A program made the translations under genes and the position numbers. From the NCBI GenBank assembly GCA_000934665.2, contig KZ538008.1, positions 62,001-126,000 on the forward strand: a stretch of 64,000 bases of DNA, given 5' to 3'. This DNA is from Catajapyx aquilonaris (taxonomy: Eukaryota). A model generated the notes under the pieces. That model was not told the DNA's origin. It was given only the letters and a program-made list of their open reading frames with translations, and did not search any database. Below are positions 39,571-53,069 of the stretch, piece by piece (position 1 is the stretch's first letter; each line of letters begins with the position of its first letter).

Positions 39571-41339
39571 TGCGACATGGAGTGGCACTTTTGGATAATT
39601 AAAGAGGAACTGGGATTACAAAGCGATCAATTAAAAAATCAAATTTAAGACCGCTTCAAATTTGCATACCACCTCAGCTCGTCTGTGCTGGGTCAACAGC
39701 CGATAGTCCCTGACCTCCACCACAGCCGAGCCAAGACGGTATGCAAATTCACCATGGTATATGCAGTGCGCAGGTGCTCAATGTCGATATTCCTCTCCTA
39801 TCGACCAAATGCTACAGTATAAAGACACCCGGTATTCAATTATGCAAATAAATTTTGCGCATCCATTGACACAGGAACTCGGGTACTTTTGGTTCTTCTT
39901 TTTCTGCAGCTCTCAGTCGGTGAGTGTGCATGTTATATAGTCATCATACAATCCTGCAGCTGCAGCAGAGGAAATTGTCCGAGAAAGGTTTCTGCACATT
40001 TTTCATGGTTCCCCACAACCGTCACAAAGTATCGGTTATTCCTTTCCTTTATTTTTCCCTCCTGTGCCTGAGTCGGGTAGAGAAGCAGGAAACCGTCAGT
40101 CCATCAGAAGCACAGTATAAGGCCTGCCATTCCAGGACGCCAGGGCCGAAACCTCCCGAATTCTTCATTTCGCCTGCGGAGAATGGCTTCCTGCCGAGCA
40201 ATAAGTGCGCCATCACTTACGGCACAAAAACCGAAACGCAACCACACGTGTAAATATCGGCTTGTACCAAAAGGGGGGACATGCCCACATTCAATGTTCA
40301 TTTCCGTAATTGACAACCTAAAAAAAAAAAAATCCCCGAGCGCAAACTAATTCAATGTTGACACGGCATACGTTATGCATTACCTTTAATGCTAACGATC
40401 CGTAACGACCAGAGAGCCGCAGAATACAAAACTTGATTTTCGTTAGTGTTTTATTAATGAAAGTAAAGCTTGCAATTGCTGTCGCCTAACGAGGGCAATA
40501 TCAGGGGCCGACCAAATTGATGCTCTCTCCTGCACAACATGCCATTAGCCGAGTAAGGATTGACTTGGGCTTGCGTATGATACATTAAACCCGGTTTTAT
40601 CGGCGCAGACTGCCGCGATCGTCCGTAATAATGTCGCGGGAGAGAAAAATCCGTTTGTAGGTCAATTTCATTAATTGCACGCCGCATTTAATCCCGACAT
40701 TACACTGACTTTGAACTTTGGCTTCCCTCCCACCCCCCGCCCCATCCCCAATTATTACTACCACTTCGATTCAAAGCGCGGGTCAGGAGATTACTGCCGG
40801 CTCGACCCTCTGACTAGACACTGTGACTAACCGGATTAGTAATCGGTGCGAATGCGTGCACTCTCATTTCACCGCCTGATCAAACCTGCGGGCACCCATC
40901 ACTAAGAACCTCGGACCTCAGGTGCCCCCACACACTATTCTCCGGCATCACAAAAATAATTCCAGTAATGCACCGTGTCCCGAGTTCGAAAGGGTCGGAA
41001 AAAATGGCCTCCGAAAAGGGAGGCCCGAAATCACACCGGCACTGCAGCCCAATTGGCCGTGGCAGTAATGCGACCCTACACATCCTCCGCCACTATTCCA
41101 CTCGGATCAAAGGGCCCGGGAGGTCCTAATCGTACATTCCGGACTGGCCCCTTCTCGGACACCGCCAGAGAATCACCTAAATATATTTTTACNNCCCCCC
41201 CCCCCCCTACCATGCACCCTCGACCTTCTCTCCCAAGAATAGAAATGTCCCGATTCTTCAGCCGACGGCCCTCCCAATCGGCCATTACCAACACAAGCGT
41301 CCCTCCAATCCCCGCCCATAATTCCTCTCATTAAAGTGG

Positions 41340-43170
41340 AGGTCCGCCTGCAGCTTCTCCATTAAGCCTCGCTCACCGGGGAATTAAGACGCGGCCTGGT
41401 GGCAGCATCCGGACACCACTTGTCGCAAAGGTACGCAACTGACAACACTGTACCGGTCAGCCCTGGACAATTCATCACAGACTCTCTGCACGGCTGCCGG
41501 TGTGTTGGACGACGCTTTGTTGCGCAAGAAAATAATTAGGCGGTCCGGACGCACGCCTATCTCGATATGCAGTGCCGAATCTGGGACCCCCCGCGAATAA
41601 TTAACTGAATCGCCACGTTCGCGATAAGAACGTTCGGTGGGAACCTAATTCAATGTATGCCGAGCGGAATACATTATCGTGAGCATTGACGTGCATATAG
41701 GCGAGTGTACATGAACTGATGCAAATTCTGGTTCCCCCTTTCCCCCCCGGTGCTGGTGCCCACTGACAGCTTATATAGCCTGGTTGCTGGGATGGCTTTT
41801 TTTTGCCATCTGTCAAGCGGCAAAGTCGTGGCTAATCACATCATTCAATGCATGTTGCTGGGCTTTACTCGACCGCAGTCACATTTTATGCCTCTATAGT
41901 TATTATTTTATAATTTCGGCTCTGAATGTAGCCGACTTCCTAAGCGTATTTTAGCCCACTGTAGTTAATAGAACCCAACATACCCCTGCGTCCTCATTGA
42001 ACCATTAACAGTGAGCGGCTTAAACTAATTGCACGTGCCTTTAAAAACTCGCCGTAACGTGCAAAATTGGGTCACAGATCGCAGTCATTATGAAGCGTGT
42101 GCTGTGTAACATTGCGCAAATCACTCACCTATGAAAAGTACATATGACTACTGCCCACGGTTATATAGGCCGTAAGTTTTATTGTCTATATGAGCACGCA
42201 CGTTAAAACTCCACCAAGCCGCGCATTATTCCCATTGCAAATATGAAAAAAATTTGCCATTGTCAGCACTTCATAAAGCACTCATTATGCACCCCCCAGT
42301 ACGGCACAGTCCCAGAAATCACTGAGCCGTATAGCATTAACAAGCACAAAGGTGTATTTATATCGTAATTTGCCAACGGTTATTAGGGCGATTTTTCCTC
42401 GTGGGTATTAGTACAGTATATGTCACAAAAAGAGCCTCACATAAAAGTAGTCCATCCAATACTGTATACACACGACATGATATATGCCCCTTTATTGTGC
42501 CACGCTCCTCTGGCTGCAAATGCACAACTCTCAAGATGAAGAATACCCCCATCTCTCCACCCAACCCCTAGAGTGCGAAATCATAACCAAGAGGGCCAGC
42601 TCTCAGTCTTGACAAAAAGAAGAAGCAAAATTACCTTCCAAAATCACGTACGGCTTATAAAAATGTTAAGTAGGACCTCGGCAAGGAGGTGGAGTTCTAT
42701 TCGCGGCACACCGCTGGGAAAGTCGAGTGCATAAAATGAAATTTTTATCACGAAGAAACAGCATGGCAGTTGCAGAATGAAGAGGGGCTTGTACCAGGAG
42801 CTGACACGCCAATTACTGTCGACAGCCCCTGTCGATCCGGTTGTTAACCGGTACAACGACAGCCTCGGCCGTCAGCCTAAGGTGCACGCACAGGCTCATT
42901 CCAGCGCCGAATTGCCTGTCGAGACACGCCTTCACTTCAGCCATACTTGCACATACACACCCATTAAAACATCCGATATCGGCCAGACCACCGGCGTATA
43001 ACTTGAAGGTAGGAGCACCAGCAGCAACACAGTAATCAAAGCAGGGGCCTACCTTTGGTCGTACATCAGGTTGGAATCAAGCTGATCGGCACTTACCTGT
43101 AAAGATAGAGAACAATAAGTACAGGGCTTAAAATGCACAACACATTACATGGGACAAAAAAAATTCCAAG
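41340..43170 (+). mobile_element. pol: R19: decayed Ty3/gypsy pol relic RT-RNaseH-integrase
   Basis: ASPLSL..GGSIR, DSLHGCR, IVSIDVHI (~VVYIDDILI), LLGF..HFMP. HTPAS (~HTDAS), IGRKF/IVY, IVP, GLYQEL. VVNRY (~VVDRF), RLH..TSDIG, TWD. Confidence 0.6.
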
Positions 43171-43769
43171 CGAGATCCGGCCATAAAATCGTGACGCTCG
43201 TTTGGACGGCGGCCGGAAAATTTTAAATGAGGCTGGGCCTGCCATTAGTGATAAACACTGCAGTTAGCCTATCGTTTATTAACCCAGTTTGGAGGTTTGG
43301 AATCTACACATGTCAGACTGCATGGCTGCCATCAGGATGGAACGATCTCATTTTGTTCATTCCCAGTCCCGAACGTCACCGAATACACTGCAGCAAAGCT
43401 GCAACGTTTTACATGTAGAGGGGAGGGGGGAGGGGTATAGGCGGGGGAGAGTTTGGGAGAGCTCGCTGGGTAGATTGGGTACGGTTAGCGGCCGGGGGTT
43501 CAGGATGAAAGTTGCTCTAACTTCACATGGTTGAATTGTGCCTGTCTCTGAGGCTCACCAATTAGTGCGAAATCCGGCGGGAAAGCGAAATCCTGTGGAA
43601 GCCGAATTTGCGTCCCTGCAGGAGCGCAACGACAACTAATTCTTACAAATGTGTAGGCGCGGCGCATGTAGCTGCACAACTAACACGATAAACCCAGACC
43701 GCGTCAACAACGGATTTTCACTGGACAATCGCCAAGGCGAAACGGTAATCCATAAAATCAGGCCGCAAT

Positions 43770-44640
43770 TACCCCACTCGCTACAGATACCCCCTCATTG
43801 TTGGCACTCCCCTAAAATCTCACACAATGCAAACCACGCGTCCAAATCCTGGCAAACAAATTCGCACCCCCGTAAACATCCAGGCACTAAGAGGGGGGGT
43901 CGGGAGGTTATCTCCGTTCATGAAGACGCAATTAAGTGCATAACCTATTTGATGGCCCAAAGCGGCCCCCGTATTATGCAAGCCAGGCTTTACTTTACTG
44001 CCGCGGATTCCACTCTCATATTACCCGGGCCAGAATAGTTGTAGCTAATGCCCGTGATGGCGCACACAACTTTGCCACGACCCCCCCCCCCCCCCCCCCN
44101 CTCCTTGGCCCCTAGCTGGTAACGTCTTGCACCAGGAATTCCCGGGCGTCAAGATCTCATTACCCGTCTATCATAAAACAATATGTAGCCGTCCTGGCTG
44201 ATACTTTCTCTTCTTAATTTGAGTCGCCCCCGCGGTTTAGACCCGCCTTCCAATTACCGGGCGTGAGACCACCTGGGGACCGCAGCAACATTTACATCCA
44301 AAAGTACGACTCGGCTCAACGAAATTGGTGGGCGCCCCGAATACTGTTGCGGAGAGTTAATATTATTCCGAGTATTATGAGGTAATGAGAATTGAAATGC
44401 TTGCACTGGGCCCCCTTGTGGAATACTGCATCAGCTTCTGCGGTTATTCCGAGTGTGCTTCAAAGTTCATTAATTAATGATTAACCAGTCAACACTAGAG
44501 TAAAACCGTTAAATAAACGGGAGAAGAACTGAACCATACATAATTACGGCCCAACCGCAACAGAAGAATGCTGGCCTACAGAATCGTTACGATTAAACAA
44601 TTCCCTTGCCAGAGGGCATACCTTCGTATGAAACTGGAAC
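43770..44640 (+). mobile_element. pol: R20: decayed Ty3/gypsy integrase relic containing a C19 run
   Basis: LQIP..NH..HPGTK..EVI. QYVAVLADTFSS*FESPP (~KYILV.VDTFS.W.EA.P), APRIL, MLAYRI..AYL (~LLAYRT..PAYL). Confidence 0.6.
44081..44100. repeat. Poly-C tract (C19 followed by N)
   Basis: Read directly; true length is uncertain because of the adjacent N. Similar tracts: C-rich 7647-7664, G12 17991-18002, A17 26666-26682, C13 after NN 41195-41207, G10 57718-57727. Confidence 0.9.
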
Positions 44641-45349
44641 AATTTAAGATCGATGGCGTCACAACCATTCGATTTCACTGGCTGCGGTGTGATGATCGGT
44701 TCTCACTGCAAAATTTCAAGCCGAGCTTGGGACCTAGTTCCAAAACTGTCGCCCTTTCATACCGAATCAATGAACCCTGTGGGTAATCCTTTTAGATGGG
44801 TTAGAACAATAGATCCTGCCTTTCCAAAGTTGAACGAGGACGCGAATTGTACGTGAGTGCTGTTGCCGTATCATCGTATCGGGAGGTTTTCCATTGAACT
44901 AAAATAGACTCTGCCTCACGGCTTCAAAGTGCGATTGGGTTCACGGTGGCCCTGACAAACACTGAAGCCCTAATGAAATTCGAGGTTCTTCGAGAGGCTT
45001 ATGGTACTTCAAAGCTCGCCATATACACCTCTAAGAATGGCTGACAATCCTTATAACATGTTATTAGGCGGTACATTTGATAGTAACCGCTAAAATAAGG
45101 AGCTTATTGCCAAAAATCGCTAGCCACTAAGGGCACTTCCTTTGGAACACCCTGCAGGGTTTCATCCTGAACAGTCTGCAACAACACCCCTGTTCAACTG
45201 GACGTATAACAGTCAGGATCAAACTTCGTGGGGGTAGTGGGTATGGCAGCTTACTTTATTACGGCCACTCATTGCAAAATCTAACCCAGATCACTATACA
45301 AGCCTCAACATGGGAGGCCATTACGTTTCATAAGACGTCGCCTATCGCA

Positions 45350-47690
45350 GGTAGGTCGTCTCGTTAAATGCATGAATACTTCATCGCCTGAATGAGGCCG
45401 CTTCTTCCTCCTTGTTCAATAGGTCCTGCAACGGCTGTGTACTCATCTCCATTTCACACCTCAGTACGAGGCTCACGAGAAAACTGCCTCATTTCCAGCC
45501 CAGAACGAGGCCTTTTAATGAAGGCACGCTCATTTCCTTATCAAGTTCCCTTCACAATGACATCGGCATGCACCACTTGTGCTTTGCCTTCGCTTCAAGT
45601 CACGGGGAGGGAACCTTCAGCACACCACACTTCAAACCAATCACCGTTATTTTGCCCCCCTCCCCGCCCTCTCTCTCCCAAAAAAACCGATGAAACACCC
45701 CCTCAGGGGTATCTGCGCTAATATCCACCGTACTTGTCCAACTATCGACCATATGTCAATGCCACTCAAAAACCACACAATGGGATTATTCTAATCACAG
45801 AGATCGGATCCGTGCTAATTAGTATTTTTAATGAGGTGAAACACATCCTGGGCCAAGCCCTGAAGGGGTTTTCGTGGTTCGCTTTGTCAAACCCCGCTCT
45901 TTTTTTCTCTCTCTCTCTCCCAACACACCCTCACAACAAATGATGATTAGATTCAGTCGACAACCTGCGAGGAACCGTATTAACACCTCGTGACATATTC
46001 GCTGCAAGTCCCCCGAATAAATGCAGGAGAAATCCCCGCCGAGTCAGTCATGCTGTGCGGTTTCTCATCTCATCGCTTATGCTGGTCGCGTCCGCTTCCT
46101 CTGCCAGCGACAAGCCAATCTTCCATTCAATCTCTTCAAAATAAGACTTGTCTCCCTTAAGAGAAAGGGGAGGCCAGTTGGGGGAGGAGAAACGCAGAGA
46201 TGAAATGGTAACAACATGTGTGCGGGCTGGACTCGAGATGATCGAAGCCCTGGCTAGTCCAGCTTCTTTCGCCAATAAATAAGCAATTGCAAAGGCAAGA
46301 TTGCGTTGGCGGCGTTGGTCAGCTCCATTGGCAAGATTATTATTTTTTTTGTCTATAACAAATTCCGCTACCTGGAAAGTGAAGTGACCCTATGTGCACA
46401 CGACGCCTACAGTTTGACCATGCCTGTGCACATAAACGATGAACGCTTCAGGTGGTACAATATTTCTCTTTCACATAAACATAACCTGCAGTCTGATCAA
46501 GATGCCCAGAAGTTGCATTATTAAAGAAACTGGTTACGACTACTCTCTGAGAGCCCAAATGGGACTCGCGAAGTGCGGCATAACTCTCAGAGAGCACCTA
46601 AAAGACTTTATGCATATTCTGAACTGCTCAGAAATACCATTTTTCGCCGGGATATTGCGGACAATTTGAGCACTCAATTTCTCGGACCTTATTGGGCTTG
46701 GATATCTCTTGCCGAAAATCTCCATCATCATTTCACTACATTAACTTTAAAAGTCCTGCAAATGATCATTCTTACGTAGCCAACTTGGCTGCAGCATGCT
46801 GGGATTTTATTGGATACTCCCATTTTGCAAATATCTCTGTCAGTTTCACAATATGCGTCGAATAACACAATGCATCACGCACAATGGTGCATCCCGACAC
46901 ACTGACGCAATATCCTTCGCCTTTGTGCTAGGAAACCCTTCTTGCTACCAATGCTCCAGGCTTGCATTACAAATTCCGATCTCGCGTCAAGCTCGCATGA
47001 ATAAATTTCTTTTCCCCAAGTCCCTTGCTCTTTTTTCTCATCCCTTCATCCCCCTATCTTATACAGTTTATGCCAAACTAAAACGGCGTGCTGCGCCCAT
47101 TCACTCAACCATATCCAGGGGAAATGATCAAGTTTGGAGCCGTCGCGAAAGGGACCAACCGGCACAAAAGGAAAGACTGTCGGGCCGTAATGCATGTCTT
47201 CCTTGAATGAAGTCCTATTGAAACTTGGTAGAATAAAGAATGTAATGTCCGTGTAATTAACGAACGGTCTATAAAAAGTGGTTTTAGCTCTGGACGAGTG
47301 GCATTGCCGTAAATATCGTCCTCTCCACATCATGTCCATCAGCCAGCAATGCGCCGGCATTTTAGTGACCCAATCGGACGGGAAACCTGACCCTCGTGCA
47401 TTTCCGCGTTCGCCCCGGTGCCAGTGAAACGCAATCACCGTTATGTCATCAGACCGCAGTGAGCGGGGGAAACTTTGTCGCCATTACATGCACCGCTTGC
47501 TTTGATGAAGTGAAATTCGCTTTGAGAATGCCAGTTCCCCACACCTCCGGATTTCAGTCGTAAAATCGGTAATGAGTAAACTGCAGGCTAGTTGTTCTGC
47601 AGTCATTACATAACCGTATGGACACAAAATATCCAGCAAACTCTGCAGAGTTAGGCAGGATACTCAGCGTTCAGTCAAAAAATCAGCAAG
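45350..47690 (+). mobile_element. pol: R21: decayed Ty3/gypsy pol relic RT-RNaseH-integrase
   Basis: SLNA, FNR..G..IS..HLS, YQVPFTMTSACTT (~Y.VMPFGLTNAPAT). YL/ANI at ~45710 (~YLDDI), EVKHILGQ, HDA, ERFRWY..QSDQDA, AKCGITLRE. HP..VYAKLKRR, MSV*LTNGL*K (~ISMDFI.GLPK), SSDRS..NFV, AELG..SV. Confidence 0.65.
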
Positions 47691-48369
47691 TTTGGCGCAG
47701 CAGATAGGTCGGACGTGTGCCTCATTAGGCTACAATGACGGCCTTTATTTGCAATGGCATGTGTCCAAAGGTGTGTCTACCCTTTTGTATTTTACAACGC
47801 TGACTGTAAGTTATGTGATACCACAACAGAGCTGTCATTGGCTCTGCCAGCTTATTGTCAAAAGCACAAAACTCGACCCTTTGATTTTTATGACATTGGT
47901 TTTGGAATTTCACGATCTGGCTATATAGCTTCTACTTTAACACTGTGTCAATATGTTCACCAATTACCCTGAACAAGCTCAGGATCAGGCAACGAGTTTC
48001 TTCTCGTTCTACAGGTTCCTTTGCAAGCAAAGGGATAGTGTAAAGCACTCCGTACAATCTAGCCTGTCTGAACAAGTTTCCAATCTCGCTTGACAAGAAC
48101 GAATTCGCACCCTCAAATCTTCAGTTTACTTTAAAGTTCCTCCACAAGTTTCTCGCAGGCTGTGGTTTATTTCAATTCATTATTTAAGCACCATTCCAGT
48201 ACAGCCCCGGATCCTACTTGGACAAGTACAAAGAGGTAGCACTCACTAATTGAAGCTTGCAAATCTGGGAACGCTCAGTTAATAGAGGGCAGATGGGATA
48301 GGGTGCGGATGTTGGCTCCAGGCCAGCCGAGGTATTGACAAGGTGAAGAGACCAGGAAGAAGGAAGGGG

Positions 48370-48720
48370 CTAGAAGAAGAAGAAGAAGTTGGATGGAAAG
48401 GGAACGAAGGAGAGGGGGCCCTCTTTTCCCCCGTGATTGACTCGGCTCCATTGTGGGGCCCAGGCCTGGCAGGATGATGGGGTCAGACCGTAAATCACTT
48501 CCTCGGAGGTGCAAGGGGATTGCCTCCGGAGAAAATCGCCTCTAAAGAGCAAATTGGCAAAGGGCTTGCTCCAGCAGCCTGGGTGGGGTTTGGGATGGTG
48601 TGGAGGAGAGAATGAATATCATTGGCGCATTCAGAACGGGGATGGAGGACGGTTTTGGGACTAATCGCTCCCAGGCTGGAACACACTGAACAATTTCCAG
48701 AAAAATTGGTACATCAGATT
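48370..48720 (-). mobile_element. pol: R22: decayed Ty3/gypsy reverse transcriptase core fragment
   Basis: RLVP..VLNAPMIF (~VMPFGL.NAPATF), /LFRGDFL..S..TSEE..L (~VF.DDIL..S.T.EEH..L). Confidence 0.45.
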
Positions 48721-49439
48721 GGCTCAGGATAAGAGAATGTATTCGTATATACAAATATGTGGTACAAATATTTTATAAATTATAGAGTGAGGCTGCACTA
48801 GTGAGAATAAACACAGACCATCATATCTTAGTTTTTATAACTGGCCGACAGCCTAGGCCAGATTTACCTCTGATTGAAAAGCGAATATGTCAGCCCCTTC
48901 CAGTTTCCCATTTATGGATACCCCGCAAAGCGTACTTGCGGGCCAGTTAGCCAAAGTAACATCACTGCTATCATTTCCCTTGGGTTCCGCTCGTCTGCAA
49001 ATATTAACCGTTTTCACTTTCATCTCCACTCTTTATTCGTCAAACAAAAATTCAGCCCGCTAAACAAATGGCAATAAATGGCGAAGTCTCTCCGACCGTC
49101 TCTCTCAACAGTGTCACCCTGAAATATTGAAATGTGAACGAGACTGCAAACAACCGCCCTGCATTGTGATCATTTCCCCTGCCTGTTTGCACTCCCATTT
49201 ATTCCACGCTACACCTGCATCCCATTAATTTGCCTCCTTCTTATTTTCGGCGCAACTTGGCCAATTAGCCCCCAGAGAGGTCAGCCTACCCTCCAACAAT
49301 AGCGCCTGAAGCCACCGCACACATATCAAATGACGATTTGGCGCCTCAGATTCGCCAAATCCGGGAGTTGGGCCAAGAAAAGCCCCCTCCCTACCCTTCC
49401 TGCCCACTCCTCAGCTATCGTTCTCACAAGTGCGAGTCT

Positions 49440-50290
49440 CCCGTTACTTGCAAAGCCTCCGAATGGGCAGACGCATCCCTCCCAAAAGTTGAAGAGGAGC
49501 AAGCCGAGCTTTCCCTCCTCTTGATTAATTGGAGCCAAGCACGCAAATCTGCCGGAGAGCCAGATGGCACTTCTTCACAAGGAAACTCCATTAGCAAAGA
49601 GCAAGCTGCACACGGCCCAGAACCCAGAACCAGACTTACATCTCTCTCGCTCCTTCCGTAACACCCTCATAAGGATGCAAATGCGCGTTTATACTGCCGC
49701 CGTTCGCCTCCTATCCCGCCTGTCATCCGATCCCAGCCACTCGCCGTTTACTTCCGCGTACCCTGTAGCCGGCATGCTTACAATCTGCACAGGGTGTACT
49801 TTGAGTTACGTAACAAGGTCTCAATTTCCCTACTAACTCGATGGGTCGACCCATCAGAAATGTGAGAAGGCGCATTCTTTCAAGAGGACCTGAATATTCA
49901 GATCCTCTTGGTAAACGCAGAGAAAGAATTATGTCGATGTCTGTCCGGAGAAGTGCCTTTTCCATCCCGATATATACTGCGCATGTGCAAGATTCACAAG
50001 GTGTGCTTTAGGCACTGATGGGCATACCTAATCTCCAAATCGCATTGAAAACGGCTGCTTCCCTGCGCCCTCAAGCCATGCAAATCCCTAGTCGTGCCTC
50101 AAGCTGTCCAGAGATGGTAAATTCAACGCCCGTTCCCCAACATTAACTTTGGAACACCACGTGTACTCATTTTTCCTCTTTCGGTCCACTATCTTTCAGT
50201 CCAGGATCAACCAAGGCAGCACTACACATCGATCACACCCACTCCAGAATTTGATTTCCCCCTTCAGATGCTCCCCACAAAATATGATGG
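49440..50290 (-). mobile_element. pol: R23: decayed Ty3/gypsy RT end-RNaseH fragment
   Basis: EIKFWSG..KNEYTW, EKALL. LERMR..FLMGRPIELV (~LEKFR.YL.GRPF.L), RGS..VAG, FW. Confidence 0.45.
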
Positions 50291-50749
50291 CGTATAGATC
50301 TTCGGCAGCCTCACCTCGGCATTAAAAACACCTTCCCCTCCCTCCCCCAAGATGGACGCCCTCCTTCGTGGGAGCAGGCACCTAAAGGAGGCCCCCTGAA
50401 TGGTCTCAATCTGTAATAAATTGCCATCTTCTCTAAACGACCTGGCGTCATTGTCCCCCGGTAGTGACAGGTCATAGAAAGCAGCCTATCGGGGAGGTAG
50501 GGAGCGAATTAAAATTCCATCCACGTTTGCGCATTCTTCTTTATGAAGCGATGACATCAGAGCCCTCCCCGGAGGAAAGCTGAAGGTACTTCCCATTACA
50601 CGCCCCTGATTTAAGGCTGCAAAGTGTCCGCCCTGGGCGCCCATCCTATTTGCCAGTCACTACACTACAGCCACTCTTCTGCCTGGGTGTACTGTACACA
50701 GCCCAGATTTCAAGCCTTGTTTCGGCCTCGACCAACTTTTCCCAAATTA

Positions 50750-52670
50750 CCCTTGAAAAGCAAGTAAAGCTCGAGTTTAGACCTCACTGGTTTCAGTTTT
50801 CTCTCCACCCCTCCAGAAACTTGAGCTTTTCGTGAACAACATCGCGCCTTGCGGCCAACTTTTCAGGAGTCAGACCAGTCCCGGTGTAATAAAATGAAGC
50901 CCCGATTCTGAATTACCATATGACTAGAAAGTAGTGGCAAAGAGAAGCCCAGCGGCATTACAGCCATGAATGCCAAAAATGGGGAGGTGCTGGCAAAGAT
51001 TTCGGAAAAATAATCATGAGTAAACTTCGGGCAAAAGGTGGAGGCCCCAGAGTTGCGAAAAAGTTAGCCCCCTGCAGATATCGGAATTTTTAGTGAATGC
51101 ATTACTTCTAGATGCGATTAACTCTGCCAAATTGCAATGTGTGAGTGCAGTTAGTAGTTCCCATCTTCGCCGCAACTTTTAATGCTGCTTTTCGACCCCA
51201 GTACCAAGCATCGGCGCAAACAACATTTCCATGCTATTAACCGCACATAATCTTTTTAGGAAATTACATCCCTTCTGATTAAAGGTCCCATTAAACACTA
51301 TGTAAAAAATTGCATCACGCATACGGGAACCTGTAATGGCCAAAATGTATATTTCAGACCCTTTATTGCTTTACAACCATTAACTAAGGCTCGGGTAGGT
51401 AAAACACAATGCGGGTACTCATTCAGTAACGTTGTAAATAACCAGGGGGGCATTACTTTTCAAGTTACATTAAGCTGTCCACCAGGAGATCATTAATTAC
51501 TCCCTCATGACGCCCGACAGCCGGAAAAACGGAATCGTACACAGCAGTAAAACCTCACAACGTATATGTTAGTGCAAATGCCAAATTGACTAATGCTGTT
51601 AGGAAGCTACTCAAATGGCTCTGAATGCAGTTCGGCCGCAATGTCATTTTGGGAAATTGCCCTGCACGCACAATTCATCGCCAGGGTCTGGTATGGCTGG
51701 TGTTGGTCGGTGGCACAAAATGAACACAACAGCACACTATACAGTCGCATCTGTAAACGTTCCGTCACGGTATTAATTCGCCATGTAGTTTGTCTCCGTC
51801 GGTGTCTTCCAGCAGAAACTACTGTACATTTGGAGCATGTGATGGAGATGGTATACCGGGCCACTCGTTAAGTCATGTGGAAATTTATCATTTCAAAACA
51901 TACAATAGCTGCAATTCTTAAAGGTGACATGGGTGTCAATAAGGATACCGTATGCCGTCATATATGCATCGCAGTCTATAATAATGTGGGGCATTTTGCA
52001 ACACCCTAAACCGCCACTTTTCACCCTGCATTTGAGGTTTCCCATGCGAAAAAAGGCCCTTCCCACCGCCAATACGCTACCTTCATCGCGGCACTCACCC
52101 AGACACTAAATAACTACACCACATAACTCAGACGTCGAATAAGTGGTTCGGGGCAAGACCCCAGGAGGAAATCATTCTCAGCGGGACCCAGACGTGATCC
52201 GGGTATGAACGCTCTCGCCGGTCGAAGGCGTCCACCTTGATGAATACGACACTGTATAAAACTAGGCGGTGGTCCGGCTCGTGCTGGGAAAACCCACCAG
52301 CGGTGGCCTATCCGTGCGTAACGACGTCCCGGATTCTCAATCACCCTTCTGACAGGCGCAACCCATTGCCAACTCCTCTCATGGGTCTCATCAGCTGCAC
52401 TGGCGGAACAGCCAGTGTTGTCCGCAAACCAAAGGCTCTTCAGGGACCTCCACGATTCGCTAAGATACCCCCCTCCGGACCTTGCTAACAGCACATTCTT
52501 TCCTGTTCTCACGACAAGCGAAGAATGCCCCGCACCACACTTTTAATTGAGTTGGGCTATAAACACGGTGGAATTCATTACACAGCGCCTTGGGGTGCAA
52601 GGATCGCCGAGCTCGTCGTCTAAAGCGTGATGCTATGGTGTGCACACCATCCTCTTGCCTATAAGATCAA
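50750..52670 (+). mobile_element. pol: R24: decayed Ty3/gypsy pol relic RT-RNaseH-integrase
   Basis: KLEFRPHWFQF. ELFVNNI, with FVNN at 50829-50840 (~EVYVDDI), GEVLAKIS, QKVEA, PPADI. EIINYS, LLG, FWEIAL, QN..YSR, EGVHLD, LQGPP, RLGV, LAYKI. Confidence 0.6.
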
Positions 52671-53069
52671 GGTTTAACTTCAAAGGAGTCCCGTGACACC
52701 AGACGTCAATCCTAATTCTCGCGAGTACCTTCAGATTATGTAGCACTTCTAACAATGAGCTCGATATCTGCGAGTAGTAATGCGCCAAAATTAACCCTTG
52801 CTAACAAGGCAGAACGCATTTAATAACCGGTTGATGGACACTTAATATTGACTGAAAGCCATATACTGGCGCAATCATAATCATTACCCTATAACGCCAA
52901 ATTATTGAAACAGTTACCAGATCAAATCTGAAAACAACCATAATTTTCAATCCGCACAACGCAATACATCAGCGCACATGAACAGTCTCTAGGTATATGC
53001 CCGCAGTGTTTCTGCTGCAGACATGACGTGAGGGCAGCCGCAGCTATAGAAATTCTGCCCCTATTGCTG

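Noticed and set aside
51607..51864. BTB-like phrase (YRDGTFTDATV*C) on the minus strand
   Set aside because: The match is weak and contains stops. The + strand fits the RNaseH end of R24.
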